Source of the DNA: Verrucomicrobiia bacterium
GTDB lineage: Bacteria > Verrucomicrobiota > Verrucomicrobiia > Chthoniobacterales > UBA6821
Length of the DNA stretch: 64,000 nt
NCBI GenBank assembly: GCA_040380225.1
Contig: JBEIJN010000001.1
Coordinates: 50,345 to 114,344 of the forward strand
Direction of reading: 5' to 3'
Of the stretch, positions 29,081 to 37,559 are shown piece by piece. Below the pieces are notes generated by a model. That model worked only from the letters and a program-made list of their open reading frames with translations. It made no database searches and was not told the DNA's origin. The first letter of the stretch is position 1; the number at the start of each line of letters is the position of its first letter. The translations under genes and the position numbers were made by a program.

Positions 29081-29511
29081 AACCAGGCAAGGATCACGGC
29101 TCCTCCCACGATGAGGAGCCCGCCCACCCACTGCTGCCAGCAAAGCTGCTCGTGGAGGAAAATCACCGCCAGGATGATGGCGAAGACCACGCTGAGCTTG
29201 TCGATGGGAGCGACCTTGGAAGCCATCCCAAGTTGAAGGGCGCGGAAGTAGCAGACCCATGAAAGGCCGGTTGCGAGGCCCGAGAGCGTCAGAAAGATCC
29301 ATGTCCTTTTTGAGATCGTCGCCAAGGAGACCGGCGTGCGTGCCGCGGCCACGATCAGCCAGGTGATCAGCAGAACCACCGTTGTCCTGATTGCGGTGGC
29401 GAGATGGGAATTGATCCCTTCCACGCCGACCTTGGCAAGGATGGCTGTTGCTCCCGCAAAGAACGCGGAGAGAAGCGACCAGAAGAGCCAGTTGTTGAGG
29501 AAGGCTCCCAT
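29077..29511 (-). CDS. small EamA/DMT family transporter
   Basis: 144 aa, 4-5 hydrophobic helices, EamA-like pattern. Confidence 0.7.
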   Translation of the reverse strand: MGAFLNNWLFWSLLSAFFAGATAILAKVGVEGINSHLATAIRTTVVLLITWLIVAAARTPVSLATISKRTWIFLTLSGLATGLSWVCYFRALQLGMASKVAPIDKLSVVFAIILAVIFLHEQLCWQQWVGGLLIVGGAVILAWF

Positions 29512-29531
29512 GATGCGAGGCGTGTCGGATC

Positions 29532-29990
29532 CTACTGCGCCCCCGGGCCCGAGGCTTGGGCGGCGACTTTCTTCAGCAACGGGCCGAACTCCGAGCCCCA
29601 GAGGCCGATCAGGGCACGCTTGCTCTCGAAGCCGGCTTCGCCCCTGTCGCTAACCGTGTAGACCTTGGGGCTGATCCGATAGTCGTTTGTTCCCGGGATC
29701 GGGACGATCTTCACCTTCACCCGGATCGTCTGCGGATCGCCGTAGCTTCCCCAGAGGACATTGGCGAGTTGGTTGGAGTTCTTGTCAAAGGAGACGGAAC
29801 TGATGCCGTCACCGCCGAAGGCCGGACTATAACCGTATCGGGGGAAGACATGTTGAGCCGCCGCGATGATGGCGGCCGGGTTGGAATTGCTCACCGTGAC
29901 GGAGCCTATCCCGCCCGATTTTTCAACAGGGGTGGTAAGGCATCCGGAGAGCAGAATGCAGGCAAGTGCCGTTGGGCTGAGAGGAAGCAT
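29532..29990 (-). CDS. lipoprotein of unknown function
   Basis: Internal ATG 29990 gives MLPLSPTALACILLSGC lipobox; start is uncertain (alternatives at 30077 and 30164). Confidence 0.5.
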   Translation of the reverse strand: MLPLSPTALACILLSGCLTTPVEKSGGIGSVTVSNSNPAAIIAAAQHVFPRYGYSPAFGGDGISSVSFDKNSNQLANVLWGSYGDPQTIRVKVKIVPIPGTNDYRISPKVYTVSDRGEAGFESKRALIGLWGSEFGPLLKKVAAQASGPGAQ

Positions 29991-30172
29991 TCTCGCGCAG
30001 CCGTAACGGATGCGAAGCAACGGCCGGGCAAGCAACCGCAGAGCCGCAGAGGATTTCAGAATGAGGGAATCAATCATGGGGTTGATGGGTGTTTCGGAGG
30101 AGGGGAATGGAAATTTCCAATAAGATGTAACGGATTCCTCCAAAGAAGACATATATGAAGCCATCGCACGGC

Positions 30173-30207
30173 TTTTTTCTCTGCGCCTCTGAGTCTCAGC
30201 GAAAAAA
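30173..30207. repeat. CTCTGCG-family REP-like unit
   Basis: TTTTTTCTCTGCGCCTCTGAGTCTCAGCGAAAAAA; related to units at 36578-36659, 54338-54371 and 55888-55918. Confidence 0.7.
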
Positions 30208-30217
30208 TCTGTTTCGG

Positions 30218-31393
30218 TCAGCTTTTGATAGCAACAGGTGACCCGCCCGCCGGGCGCTCGGCGCGCAGCTTGGTCACGGTGTGGCTGATGATCTCAAGGG
30301 CACGGTCGATGTCGGCATCCGTCGAGGTGCGGCCCAGCGAGAAGCGGAGGCTGGCGCGTGCCTCGTCACGGGTCACCCCCATGGCGGTGAGGACATGGGA
30401 GGGATTGATCGATCCGCTGCTGCAGGCCGATCCGGCGGAGCAGCAGAGCCCCTCCTTGTCAAAGAGAAGGAGTGCCGTCTCGGCCTCGATTCCGGTGAAG
30501 CTGAGGTTGCTGGTATTCGGGAGACGGGGCTCGTCGGTCCCGTTACGACGGACTCCGTCGATGGTTGTAAGGATTGTCTTCTCGAACCGGTCGCGCAGTC
30601 TTCCGATCCGTTCCGCCGAGGCGAGGAGGTGGGCCTGTGCCAGTTCCGCGGCTTTCCCGAAGGCCACGATGGAGGCCACGTTCTGAGTGCCCCCACGCTT
30701 GCTCTCCTCCTGGCTGCCTCGCAGCAGGGGAGTAAAGCGGGCGCGGCGGTTCACATAGAGCGCTCCGACTCCCTTGGGGGCGTAGAGCTTGTGGGCGGAG
30801 AGGGAGACATACTGGACGCCGAGTTCGGAGAGATTGATCGGGACTTTGCCGGCGGCCTGCACGGCGTCGAGGTGCAGGGGTACCTTTTTCCGGGCCGCGA
30901 TGGCGGCGATCTCCTCGACTGGAAAAATCACGCCGGTCTCGTTGTTGGCCCAAAGCAGGGAGATGACTGCCGTCTCGGAGGTGATGGCCGCCTCCAGCCT
31001 GTCCGGATCAAGGAGTCCGTCATTGTCGACCGGGAGCCAGGTGATCTCGTAGCCGCGTGTGGCCAGATGCTCGCAGAGCTTGATGGTGGCGCTGTGCTCG
31101 ACCGTCGAGGTGATGATGTGGCGCTTGTCGGGATCGATCGCGAGGGCCGAGAGGATCGCGGTGTTGGTCGCCTCGGTGCCGCAGCTGTTGAAGATGATCT
31201 CGGAGGGTTGTGCTCCGACAAGGGAGGCGACCTGTTCCCGTGCCTTGGCCAGTGCCGCGGCGGCACGACGGCCGAGCGAATAGACGCTGGAGGGATTGCC
31301 AAACTCGTTTTCCAACCACGGAAGCATGGCGTCGCGCACCGCGGGATCGATCGGGGTGGTGGCGTTGTGGTCGAGGTAGAGCAGGTCGGACAT
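30218..31393 (-). CDS. cysteine desulfurase (NifS/IscS class I)
   Basis: PLP lysine SLSAHKLYAPKG and active-site SAGSACSS; 391 aa. Confidence 0.9.
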   Translation of the reverse strand: MSDLLYLDHNATTPIDPAVRDAMLPWLENEFGNPSSVYSLGRRAAAALAKAREQVASLVGAQPSEIIFNSCGTEATNTAILSALAIDPDKRHIITSTVEHSATIKLCEHLATRGYEITWLPVDNDGLLDPDRLEAAITSETAVISLLWANNETGVIFPVEEIAAIAARKKVPLHLDAVQAAGKVPINLSELGVQYVSLSAHKLYAPKGVGALYVNRRARFTPLLRGSQEESKRGGTQNVASIVAFGKAAELAQAHLLASAERIGRLRDRFEKTILTTIDGVRRNGTDEPRLPNTSNLSFTGIEAETALLLFDKEGLCCSAGSACSSGSINPSHVLTAMGVTRDEARASLRFSLGRTSTDADIDRALEIISHTVTKLRAERPAGGSPVAIKS

Positions 31394-31554
31394 GGCTAAG
31401 GGCAGGAATACTAAAAACAGAGGAACCCCTCTGGCAATGCGCCGTTGCGTCTATGACGCAATCAGAGGCTTTTAGGCTGAAGGCTGAAGGCTGTTAGGAA
31501 GAATGCGAAGAAACCGGCGGCTAAGATTCCGAACCTTCAGTCTTCGGTCGCCTT

Positions 31555-32073
31555 TCAGCGAATGGCGACTTCGGGTTTCCTGGGGGGAAGGGGCTTGGCG
31601 GGGGTGCCGGAGCCTCGGGGCGGCGGCTCCACCTCGGGAAGATTGCCCCCGTCATCGCCGGGATCCTTTTCATGGGGATCGTAGAAATGATCAAGGGCGA
31701 TGAAGAGGGCCTTGGAGTGGCGTGCGAAGAGCAGATTGAAGAGGACGATGGGAGTGAGGACCGCGGCAAGCAGGATCCTGATCGGCGGGTGGACGGTGAA
31801 CTCGAGAATCAGATAGATCAGGATGCCGAGGATGCTTCCGGCGCCGTAGTTTATCATCCAGACCGAGGCGAGGAAGTACCCCGGCTCCCTTTCGTAAGGG
31901 TAGCCGCATCGATGGCAGCCATCGAGTGGAGTGAACCAGTCGCTGAGGCTTCTGGTGCGTGCGACAGGCGTGAAGATCGGCGTCTTCCCGCAGACCGGGC
32001 AGCGCAGGAGCATCGCGCGGCCGAGGTATCGGAGGAATTTCCGCATTCCCTCTTCAGTCCCGTGGTCGCTCAC
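31555..32073 (-). CDS. DUF983-like zinc-ribbon membrane protein
   Basis: CPVCG...CHRCG pair followed by two TM helices; 172 aa. Confidence 0.6.
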   Translation of the reverse strand: MSDHGTEEGMRKFLRYLGRAMLLRCPVCGKTPIFTPVARTRSLSDWFTPLDGCHRCGYPYEREPGYFLASVWMINYGAGSILGILIYLILEFTVHPPIRILLAAVLTPIVLFNLLFARHSKALFIALDHFYDPHEKDPGDDGGNLPEVEPPPRGSGTPAKPLPPRKPEVAIR

Positions 32074-32102
32074 TGGGAAGATCCTCTAGTTGCAACGCTA
32101 AT

Positions 32103-32840
32103 TCAGCGTGTCCAGCGTCCGTTGCTGTTGCCCAGCTTCGGATGCCATCCCGGCTCATCGCTCCCGGAGTAGTCGGTGGTGCCGACGGCGCCGATCATCG
32201 GCTGGCCGATGGCACGCTTCCAGAGAGCACTCATACTCTCACCGGTGTGACATCCCCAGCTCTTGATGAAAGCGCGCGGGGTGAAAATGCCGCGGTTGAT
32301 CAGGCCGATTTCCTTTTCATGGAGCCAGACTTTCGATCCGCTGTCGACCTCGTTGCTGTAGTCGAACATGAAACAGGCCCTGTTGGAGTGGCCGTAATAC
32401 TCGAGGTTGGCGATTTTGCAGGTCGCGCGCGGGTGCTGCGAGGTCCCGCCGTTCAGGTAGTCGAGGAGCTGTTTCTGGGTGCTGAAGTAGACGAGGTTCA
32501 CCTTGTACTTCTCCTGGACTGTGCGGATGTTGGTGATCAGATCCTGCTTCTCCTGGCGGGCGCCCCGGCGGACGTATCCGGGCTTGTAGACCATCCAGGT
32601 GACAAGGGCGTCGTCACCGTGGCGTTCCCGAAGTTCCCCGAGCCTGATCCGGGCCGCACGGACGAAGTTCGCCCACCAGTGGTCGTGGGGAACCTTCTTG
32701 AATTTCTCCCACTCGATGAGTGAAGGGCCTCCGGAGATGACGATATACTCGTTGCCGGTACACTGCTGGGCACGGAGCGGGATCGTGGAGGCGAGGCAGC
32801 TGAGAATCAGGAGCTGGGTGAGAAGGCCTGTGCGTTTCAT
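32103..32840 (-). CDS. secreted protein of unknown function
   Basis: Signal peptide MKRTGLLTQLLILSCLAS; YYGHSN and SWGCHTGES segments, no family recognised. Confidence 0.6.
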   Translation of the reverse strand: MKRTGLLTQLLILSCLASTIPLRAQQCTGNEYIVISGGPSLIEWEKFKKVPHDHWWANFVRAARIRLGELRERHGDDALVTWMVYKPGYVRRGARQEKQDLITNIRTVQEKYKVNLVYFSTQKQLLDYLNGGTSQHPRATCKIANLEYYGHSNRACFMFDYSNEVDSGSKVWLHEKEIGLINRGIFTPRAFIKSWGCHTGESMSALWKRAIGQPMIGAVGTTDYSGSDEPGWHPKLGNSNGRWTR

Positions 32841-32844
32841 GTTT

Positions 32845-33240
32845 TTACTTCTTCATCGCCACGACGCATTCGATCTCGACATCGAACCCACCGGGAAGCT
32901 GCGCCCCAACGGTGGCGCGCGCCGGAGGATGATCGCCGCGGAAATACTCGGCGTAGACGGCATTCATCTCCTTGAAGTTCTCCTGCGTCATGACAGCCAG
33001 ATAGACACGGCAGGAGACGGTGTCGGCCAGGCTTCCTCCGGCCTCCGTGACGATCCGGCGGATGTTTTCCAGAACGAGGCGTGTCTGCTCGGCGATCGTA
33101 CCGCGCTCGATCTTGCCGGTGGCAGGATCCCAGGGAGTCATCCCTGAGACAAAGAGAAGGGGAGCCGCTGTCTGAACCGCCAATGAGTAGGGGCCGAGAG
33201 CGGGAGGGCATCCGGGAATCGTGCGGTGGGTCGTCTTCAT
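32845..33240 (-). CDS. RidA/YjgF family reactive-intermediate deaminase
   Basis: PYSLAV, ARATVG, VEIECVA-like family motifs; 131 aa. Confidence 0.85.
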   Translation of the reverse strand: MKTTHRTIPGCPPALGPYSLAVQTAAPLLFVSGMTPWDPATGKIERGTIAEQTRLVLENIRRIVTEAGGSLADTVSCRVYLAVMTQENFKEMNAVYAEYFRGDHPPARATVGAQLPGGFDVEIECVVAMKK

Positions 33241-33320
33241 AGGAGAAAGTTAGAATGAAGAATGAAAAATGAAGAAGGCAAAACAAGCGGAGGTCGATTT
33301 CCCCCTGCGGTCATCCTGAC

Positions 33321-34223
33321 TTACCCCTTGGACTCTTCTCTCTTCTTGATTCTGGCCCCGGTGGGGGAGGTCTTGCGGGGGCGTCGGGCTGTGGCACCCC
33401 CCTTGGAGTCTACGGCTTTTCCGGATGAAGTTCCTGTCTTGGCGGTGGCGGTGATGACCGAGAAGCGCGAGAACTTCATCGCCTTGGGTTTGGGCTTGGG
33501 CGGTGCCGGGGCTCTCTTGGGCTTGGGCGCGGCAAGGGCCTTGCGGAGCATTTCAAGATCCTCCTTGCGGAGATCCCTGTAGCTTCCGGGCTTCACCCCC
33601 CGCAGGGTCAGGGGACCGAGACGGGTGCGGACGAGGCGTTGCACCTTGAAGCCAAGCTGGCCCAGCATCACGCGGATCTGGCGCTTGAGACCCTGATGAA
33701 GGACTATCTGGATCTTGTTGTGCCCGAGGGCGCGCACCGACTCGACTCTGGCCACGGATCCCTCGATCCAAGTGCCACGCTTGAGGGCGGCCGCATCACG
33801 CTCCGAGAAGGGTTTGTCGAGGATGACCTCGTATTCCTTGTCGATGCCCTTGGAGGGGTGCATCAGGTCCTGGGCCAGGATCCCGTCATTGGTCAGCAGG
33901 AGCAGTCCTTCGCTCTCCTTGTCGAGGCGTCCGACGTGGAAAAGGTGGCCGGTGTCGGTGGGAAGAAGGTCGAAGATCGTCCGCTCGGCATGGCGGTCGC
34001 TCCGCGTGGTGGTGTAGCCGGCCGGCTTGTTAAGCAGGATCGTTCTCGGGGCGAAGGCATGCACAAGCCGTCCGCTTACCCGCACATCATCGCCGTCAGC
34101 GATCCTGGTGGAGAGTTCCCTGCAGATGGAGCCGTTCACCGAAACGCTTCCCTTGAGGATTAGCTCCTCGCAGGAGCGACGGGAACCGAGCCCGGCCGCC
34201 GCCAGAAAACGATTCAGGCGCAA
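33321..34223 (-). CDS. rRNA pseudouridine synthase (RsuA/RluB family) with Lys-rich tail
   Basis: S4 domain MRLNRFLAAAGLGSRRSCEELI and catalytic HVGRLDKESEGLLLLTNDG. Confidence 0.9.
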   Translation of the reverse strand: MRLNRFLAAAGLGSRRSCEELILKGSVSVNGSICRELSTRIADGDDVRVSGRLVHAFAPRTILLNKPAGYTTTRSDRHAERTIFDLLPTDTGHLFHVGRLDKESEGLLLLTNDGILAQDLMHPSKGIDKEYEVILDKPFSERDAAALKRGTWIEGSVARVESVRALGHNKIQIVLHQGLKRQIRVMLGQLGFKVQRLVRTRLGPLTLRGVKPGSYRDLRKEDLEMLRKALAAPKPKRAPAPPKPKPKAMKFSRFSVITATAKTGTSSGKAVDSKGGATARRPRKTSPTGARIKKREESKG

Positions 34224-34303
34224 CCCCGCGGATCCGGGAGTGCGCCTGTCTGTGGACGGATCCTGAAGGGGACCGCCTGTTGGAAGATCTCCGGAAATCA
34301 GGA

Positions 34304-34459
34304 TTAATCTTCGGGCTTGGTCTTGGGCAGGCCGATCACTCGCTGACCGGGCTTGAACTGACCGCGCTTCTTGAGAAGTTCAACGCGCTCGAAGCGCTTC
34401 AGCACACTGCGCTTGGCGGCAATGGTGCTCGTTCCTTTAAGGCTGGGATGCTGACTCAT
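34304..34459 (-). CDS. small basic protein (51 aa, PVC-type; absent from ORF track)
   Basis: Hand translation MSQHPSLKGTSTIAAKRSVLKRFERVELLKKRGQFKPGQRVIGLPKTKPED; resembles the small-basic-protein family as I recall it. Confidence 0.65.
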   Translation of the reverse strand: MSQHPSLKGTSTIAAKRSVLKRFERVELLKKRGQFKPGQRVIGLPKTKPED

Positions 34460-34601
34460 GGGTCGGGGACTATGGGCTTTGGAATGTGAAAAGGCAAAAG
34501 AAAAGTGAAAGTGAAAATGGAGGGGGGATATGGGCTTCAGGCGGTTAATTGAAAACTCAATCCCGATACCCTATGGCCTATTCCCGATCCTCCTATTCAG
34601 T

Positions 34602-35141
34602 CTAAACCAGCCCCAACTTCATGCGGCCGGCCTCGCTGATCATGCTCTGGTTCCATGGCGGATCCCAGACGAGTTCGACTTCTGCCTCGTCGACCCCTTC
34701 GAGGGTCAGGATCTTGCCGCGGGCATCGGCGGCGATGGTGGGGCCCATGCCGCAACCGGGGGCGGTCAGGGTCATCTTGACGTGGGCCTTGGTGCCGCCC
34801 CCCTCGGGATGCTGGAGTTGGCACTCGTAGATCAGTCCGAGATCAACCACGTTCACGGGAATCTCGGGATCGAAGACGGTCTTGAGTTGATTCCAGACGG
34901 CCTCTTCGAGGGAGCCCTCGACGGGGGTCTTGGCCACGGGGGCAGCAGCCTCTAGACCGAGAGCATCGGCATCCTTCTCGTCGATGCGGGCGAGGCCACC
35001 GGGGGTGGCGACGGTGTAGGTGCCGCCCAGGGATTGGGTGACCATCACCTTGGTGCCGGCGGGAAGCTGGAGCGGATTGCCGCTGGGGATCTGGATCGCG
35101 TCGGTATCGCGCTTGAGGACGATTTCTTGGTTCGGGTGCAT
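34602..35141 (-). CDS. DUF59/SufT-like Fe-S assembly protein with N-terminal extension
   Basis: VFDPEIPVNVVDLGLIY and TLTAPGCGMG motifs of the MIP18/SufT family. Confidence 0.8.
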   Translation of the reverse strand: MHPNQEIVLKRDTDAIQIPSGNPLQLPAGTKVMVTQSLGGTYTVATPGGLARIDEKDADALGLEAAAPVAKTPVEGSLEEAVWNQLKTVFDPEIPVNVVDLGLIYECQLQHPEGGGTKAHVKMTLTAPGCGMGPTIAADARGKILTLEGVDEAEVELVWDPPWNQSMISEAGRMKLGLV

Positions 35142-35330
35142 GGAAGTGGGAGAAAGTTAAAAGGTAAAATGTAAAATGTAAAAGGAGAACAGGTAGTACT
35201 CGTGGCTCATTCGCCGGCCCCCCAATCCCACGCCATGCTGCTATTCAAGTCTCTTCCTGATTTCTTGAGTTCCTGACGATTTTTCCCGGCTTTTTTCAGC
35301 CGCGAGTGATTTCTCTCCAGTTGGATCTGC

Positions 35331-35807
35331 CTACCGTGTTTTCGGAAGGAGAGTGATTTTCACTTTTCCGGCAGGAGTGATCTGGTCGGCCAGCGTGGGC
35401 CCTGACGGGATGGCTGCGGGAGTAGGTTTTGCCGCGGCGGGATCGAGGGCGGACTTCAGGGCATCCTCGACGAGTTGGGCGCAATGGATCTTCATCGGGG
35501 GGAGGGGGCCGAGCGGTGAGGAGAGTTGTTCACCCGACATGGCAAGGGCCTCTCCAGCGGTCTTTCCCTTGATCATCTCAGTGGCGACACTCGCCACGGC
35601 GATCGCGGTCTGGCAACCGAAGGTCTGGAAGGAGGCGCGGTCGATTACCTTGCGGCCATTCTCCTCCTTGAACTTCACCCACATGCGGAGCATGTCCCCG
35701 CAGTCACTGCGACCCACGGTGCCGACAGCATCTGCCGACTCCATCTCTCCGAGGTTTTTCGGGTTGCGGGCGGCTTCCTCGATCTTGATCAGTTGGTCGT
35801 CACTCAT
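35331..35807 (-). CDS. IscU/NifU N-domain Fe-S scaffold protein
   Basis: Three scaffold cysteines (SDCGD, FGCQTA, IHCAQL); 158 aa with a Pro/Ala-rich tail. Confidence 0.85.
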   Translation of the reverse strand: MSDDQLIKIEEAARNPKNLGEMESADAVGTVGRSDCGDMLRMWVKFKEENGRKVIDRASFQTFGCQTAIAVASVATEMIKGKTAGEALAMSGEQLSSPLGPLPPMKIHCAQLVEDALKSALDPAAAKPTPAAIPSGPTLADQITPAGKVKITLLPKTR

Positions 35808-35810
35808 GGG

Positions 35811-35878
35811 GTGGGGAATAGGGAATAGGTGATGGGGAATAGGTGATGGGGGATAGGAGCTAGGAGCTAGTAGTTAGG
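35811..35878. repeat. tandem word repeats in the iscU-like leader
   Basis: GGGGAATAGG / GGAATAGGTGATGGG x2 / AGGAGCT x2 on the plus strand; 35808-35859 has no C on the plus strand. Confidence 0.85.
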
Positions 35879-35904
35879 ATTTGGGCGATAAACGATCGGT
35901 GCGG

Positions 35905-35945
35905 AAAAATGTTGGAAAGTGAAAAGAGGTCACCAAGCAGACCTC
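35905..35945 (-). terminator. hairpin plus T-rich tract after the rhodanese gene
   Basis: GAGGTC-8 nt-GACCTC (35926-35945); on the minus strand it is followed by CTTTTCACTTTCC. Confidence 0.5.
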
Positions 35946-35984
35946 GGTCATTTATCATTCTTCATTTTTCCTTCTGCATTTGAA

Positions 35985-36530
35985 TCAGGCCGCTTCCGTT
36001 GTGTAGCGGGGAAGCGATGGATCGGCCTGTGAGGAGTAGGCGTCGATGCCTCCCTTGAGCCCCTTCACTGCGGTGAAGCCGTGGCCCGCGAAGTAGGCGG
36101 CGGCATCAAGGACACGGCCGCCGGTGTGATCGATCAGGAAGATCTCTGTCTCCTTGGGCCAGTTCATCGCCTCCTGCATGATCTCCTGGGTCATGAATCG
36201 GCTGCCGGGGATCGAGACCGCCTCGAATTCCTCGCGGGTCCTGATGTCGAGGAGACGGCTGCCGGGATCCTTCAGCCGTGAATGAAGGTCGATGGGAGAA
36301 ATCAGGAGCGCCTCATCCTTGAGATGGCCCTCGCGGATCTCTCCCAGAACGATTGCGGGATCGAGTGCGCCGTTCCGCGCGCAGATCTGGGCGAGTGTTT
36401 CGGCAGGGGAGAATCCGCAACTGCTGCATCCGCCGATATGATGGAGTTGGAAGAGCGTGCGTCGTGCTCCGGGGAAAATCCCGAGGAGTTCCTCCATCGT
36501 GAGATCGGGATGCGCTTCGGTTGTAGTCAT
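35985..36530 (-). CDS. rhodanese-domain protein with N-terminal DUF1858-like redox-disulfide domain
   Basis: HHIGGCSSCGF segment then a rhodanese fold (LLDIRTREEF, FLIDHTGGR); ATG 36530 chosen. Confidence 0.7.
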   Translation of the reverse strand: MTTTEAHPDLTMEELLGIFPGARRTLFQLHHIGGCSSCGFSPAETLAQICARNGALDPAIVLGEIREGHLKDEALLISPIDLHSRLKDPGSRLLDIRTREEFEAVSIPGSRFMTQEIMQEAMNWPKETEIFLIDHTGGRVLDAAAYFAGHGFTAVKGLKGGIDAYSSQADPSLPRYTTEAA

Positions 36531-36577
36531 GGGCTTGAGATAGTGAGCCATTCCGAAAGGAAAATCCATCAGGGATC

Positions 36578-36659
36578 TCCCGCAGAGGCGCTGAGGCGCA
36601 GAGAAAAAACTGGCAATCTCTGGTGGATTCATTCTCCGCGCCTCTGCGTCTCTGCGGGA
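36578..36659. repeat. back-to-back inverted pair of CTCTGCG-family REP-like units
   Basis: TCCCGCAGAGGCGCTGAGGCGCAGAGAAAAAA (36578-36609) versus ATTCTCCGCGCCTCTGCGTCTCTGCGGGA (36631-36659). Confidence 0.75.
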
Positions 36660-36727
36660 AAACTTCGGGTATGAATTGATTTATCGGCTCGCGGTGAGGG
36701 GAGGGGGCATACTAGGGTTTGGCCCGC

Positions 36728-37390
36728 ATGAGTATTCAGAAGCCAAGACCAGCCAGGGCAATGTACGAGGGGCGGTGGATTTTCCTGATCCTGATCGCCG
36801 GTGTGATCCTGGCGACCGCCTTCGGATTCTTCTTCCTGACTTTGCCAATCACGGCACTGATCCTTTTTTGCCTCTGGTTTTTCCGTGAGCCCTATCGGAA
36901 GCCACCTTCGGATCCGGTTCTCGCAGTCTCACCGGCCGATGGAACCGTCACGCTCGTTGACGAGGTGGTGGAGGATCAGTTCTTCAATTGCCGTATGAAG
37001 CGGGTCTCGATCTTCCTCTCCGTCTTCGATGTCCATGTGAACCGCACGCCGATCGCCGGAGAAGTGCTCTTCACCGAGGGGCGCGGCGGCCTTTATCTCG
37101 ATGCGAGGAAGCCCGAGGCATCCGTGCTCAACGAGAGTCTTTTCTGGGTCTTCGGTCCGAAGGAAAACCCATCGCGCGCAGTGGGAGTCAAGCAGATCAC
37201 CGGCGCCATAGCCCGCCGGATCGTCCCTTGGGCCCGGGTCGGTGAGTTGATGGAGCGCGGCGAGCGCTTCGGGATGATCCGCTTCGGATCGCGCACCGAT
37301 CTCTACCTCCCTCTTGATTCAGAGATCCTTGTCTCCACGGGAGAAAAGGTGAAGGGCGGTGAGACCGCGATCGCGCGAATGGCTCTTTGA
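36728..37390 (+). CDS. psd: phosphatidylserine decarboxylase (short form)
   Basis: FGSRT self-cleavage motif region (MIRFGSRTDLYLP), N-terminal TM; ATG 36728. Confidence 0.85.
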   Translation: MSIQKPRPARAMYEGRWIFLILIAGVILATAFGFFFLTLPITALILFCLWFFREPYRKPPSDPVLAVSPADGTVTLVDEVVEDQFFNCRMKRVSIFLSVFDVHVNRTPIAGEVLFTEGRGGLYLDARKPEASVLNESLFWVFGPKENPSRAVGVKQITGAIARRIVPWARVGELMERGERFGMIRFGSRTDLYLPLDSEILVSTGEKVKGGETAIARMAL

Positions 37391-37404
37391 AATGAAAGGG
37401 CAAA

Positions 37405-37439
37405 GTCGAGGGTCGAGGGTCTAGGGTCGAGGGCTAGCC
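37405..37439. repeat. tandem heptamers (GTCGAGG-type) ending in the 14-nt palindrome GAGGGCTAGCCCTC
   Basis: Read directly after the psd stop; a similar word occurs at 2222-2250 after the zwf stop. Confidence 0.85.
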
Positions 37440-37510
37440 CTCAGTCCCGCCTCAAGATTCAGCGACTAAAAGCCTAGAGTCTTAACACCTAGAGCCTATT
37501 CTGATCCCAA

Positions 37511-37552
37511 CAGCCTTCAGCCTTCAGCCTTCAGCCTAAGCTCCTAGCTCCC
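37511..37552 (+). repeat. tandem heptamers (CAGCCTT x3, CAGCCTA, AGCTCCT/AGCTCCC) in the pssA leader
   Basis: Read directly; ends 8 nt before the ATG at 37560. Confidence 0.9.
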
Positions 37553-37559
37553 ATCCCCA

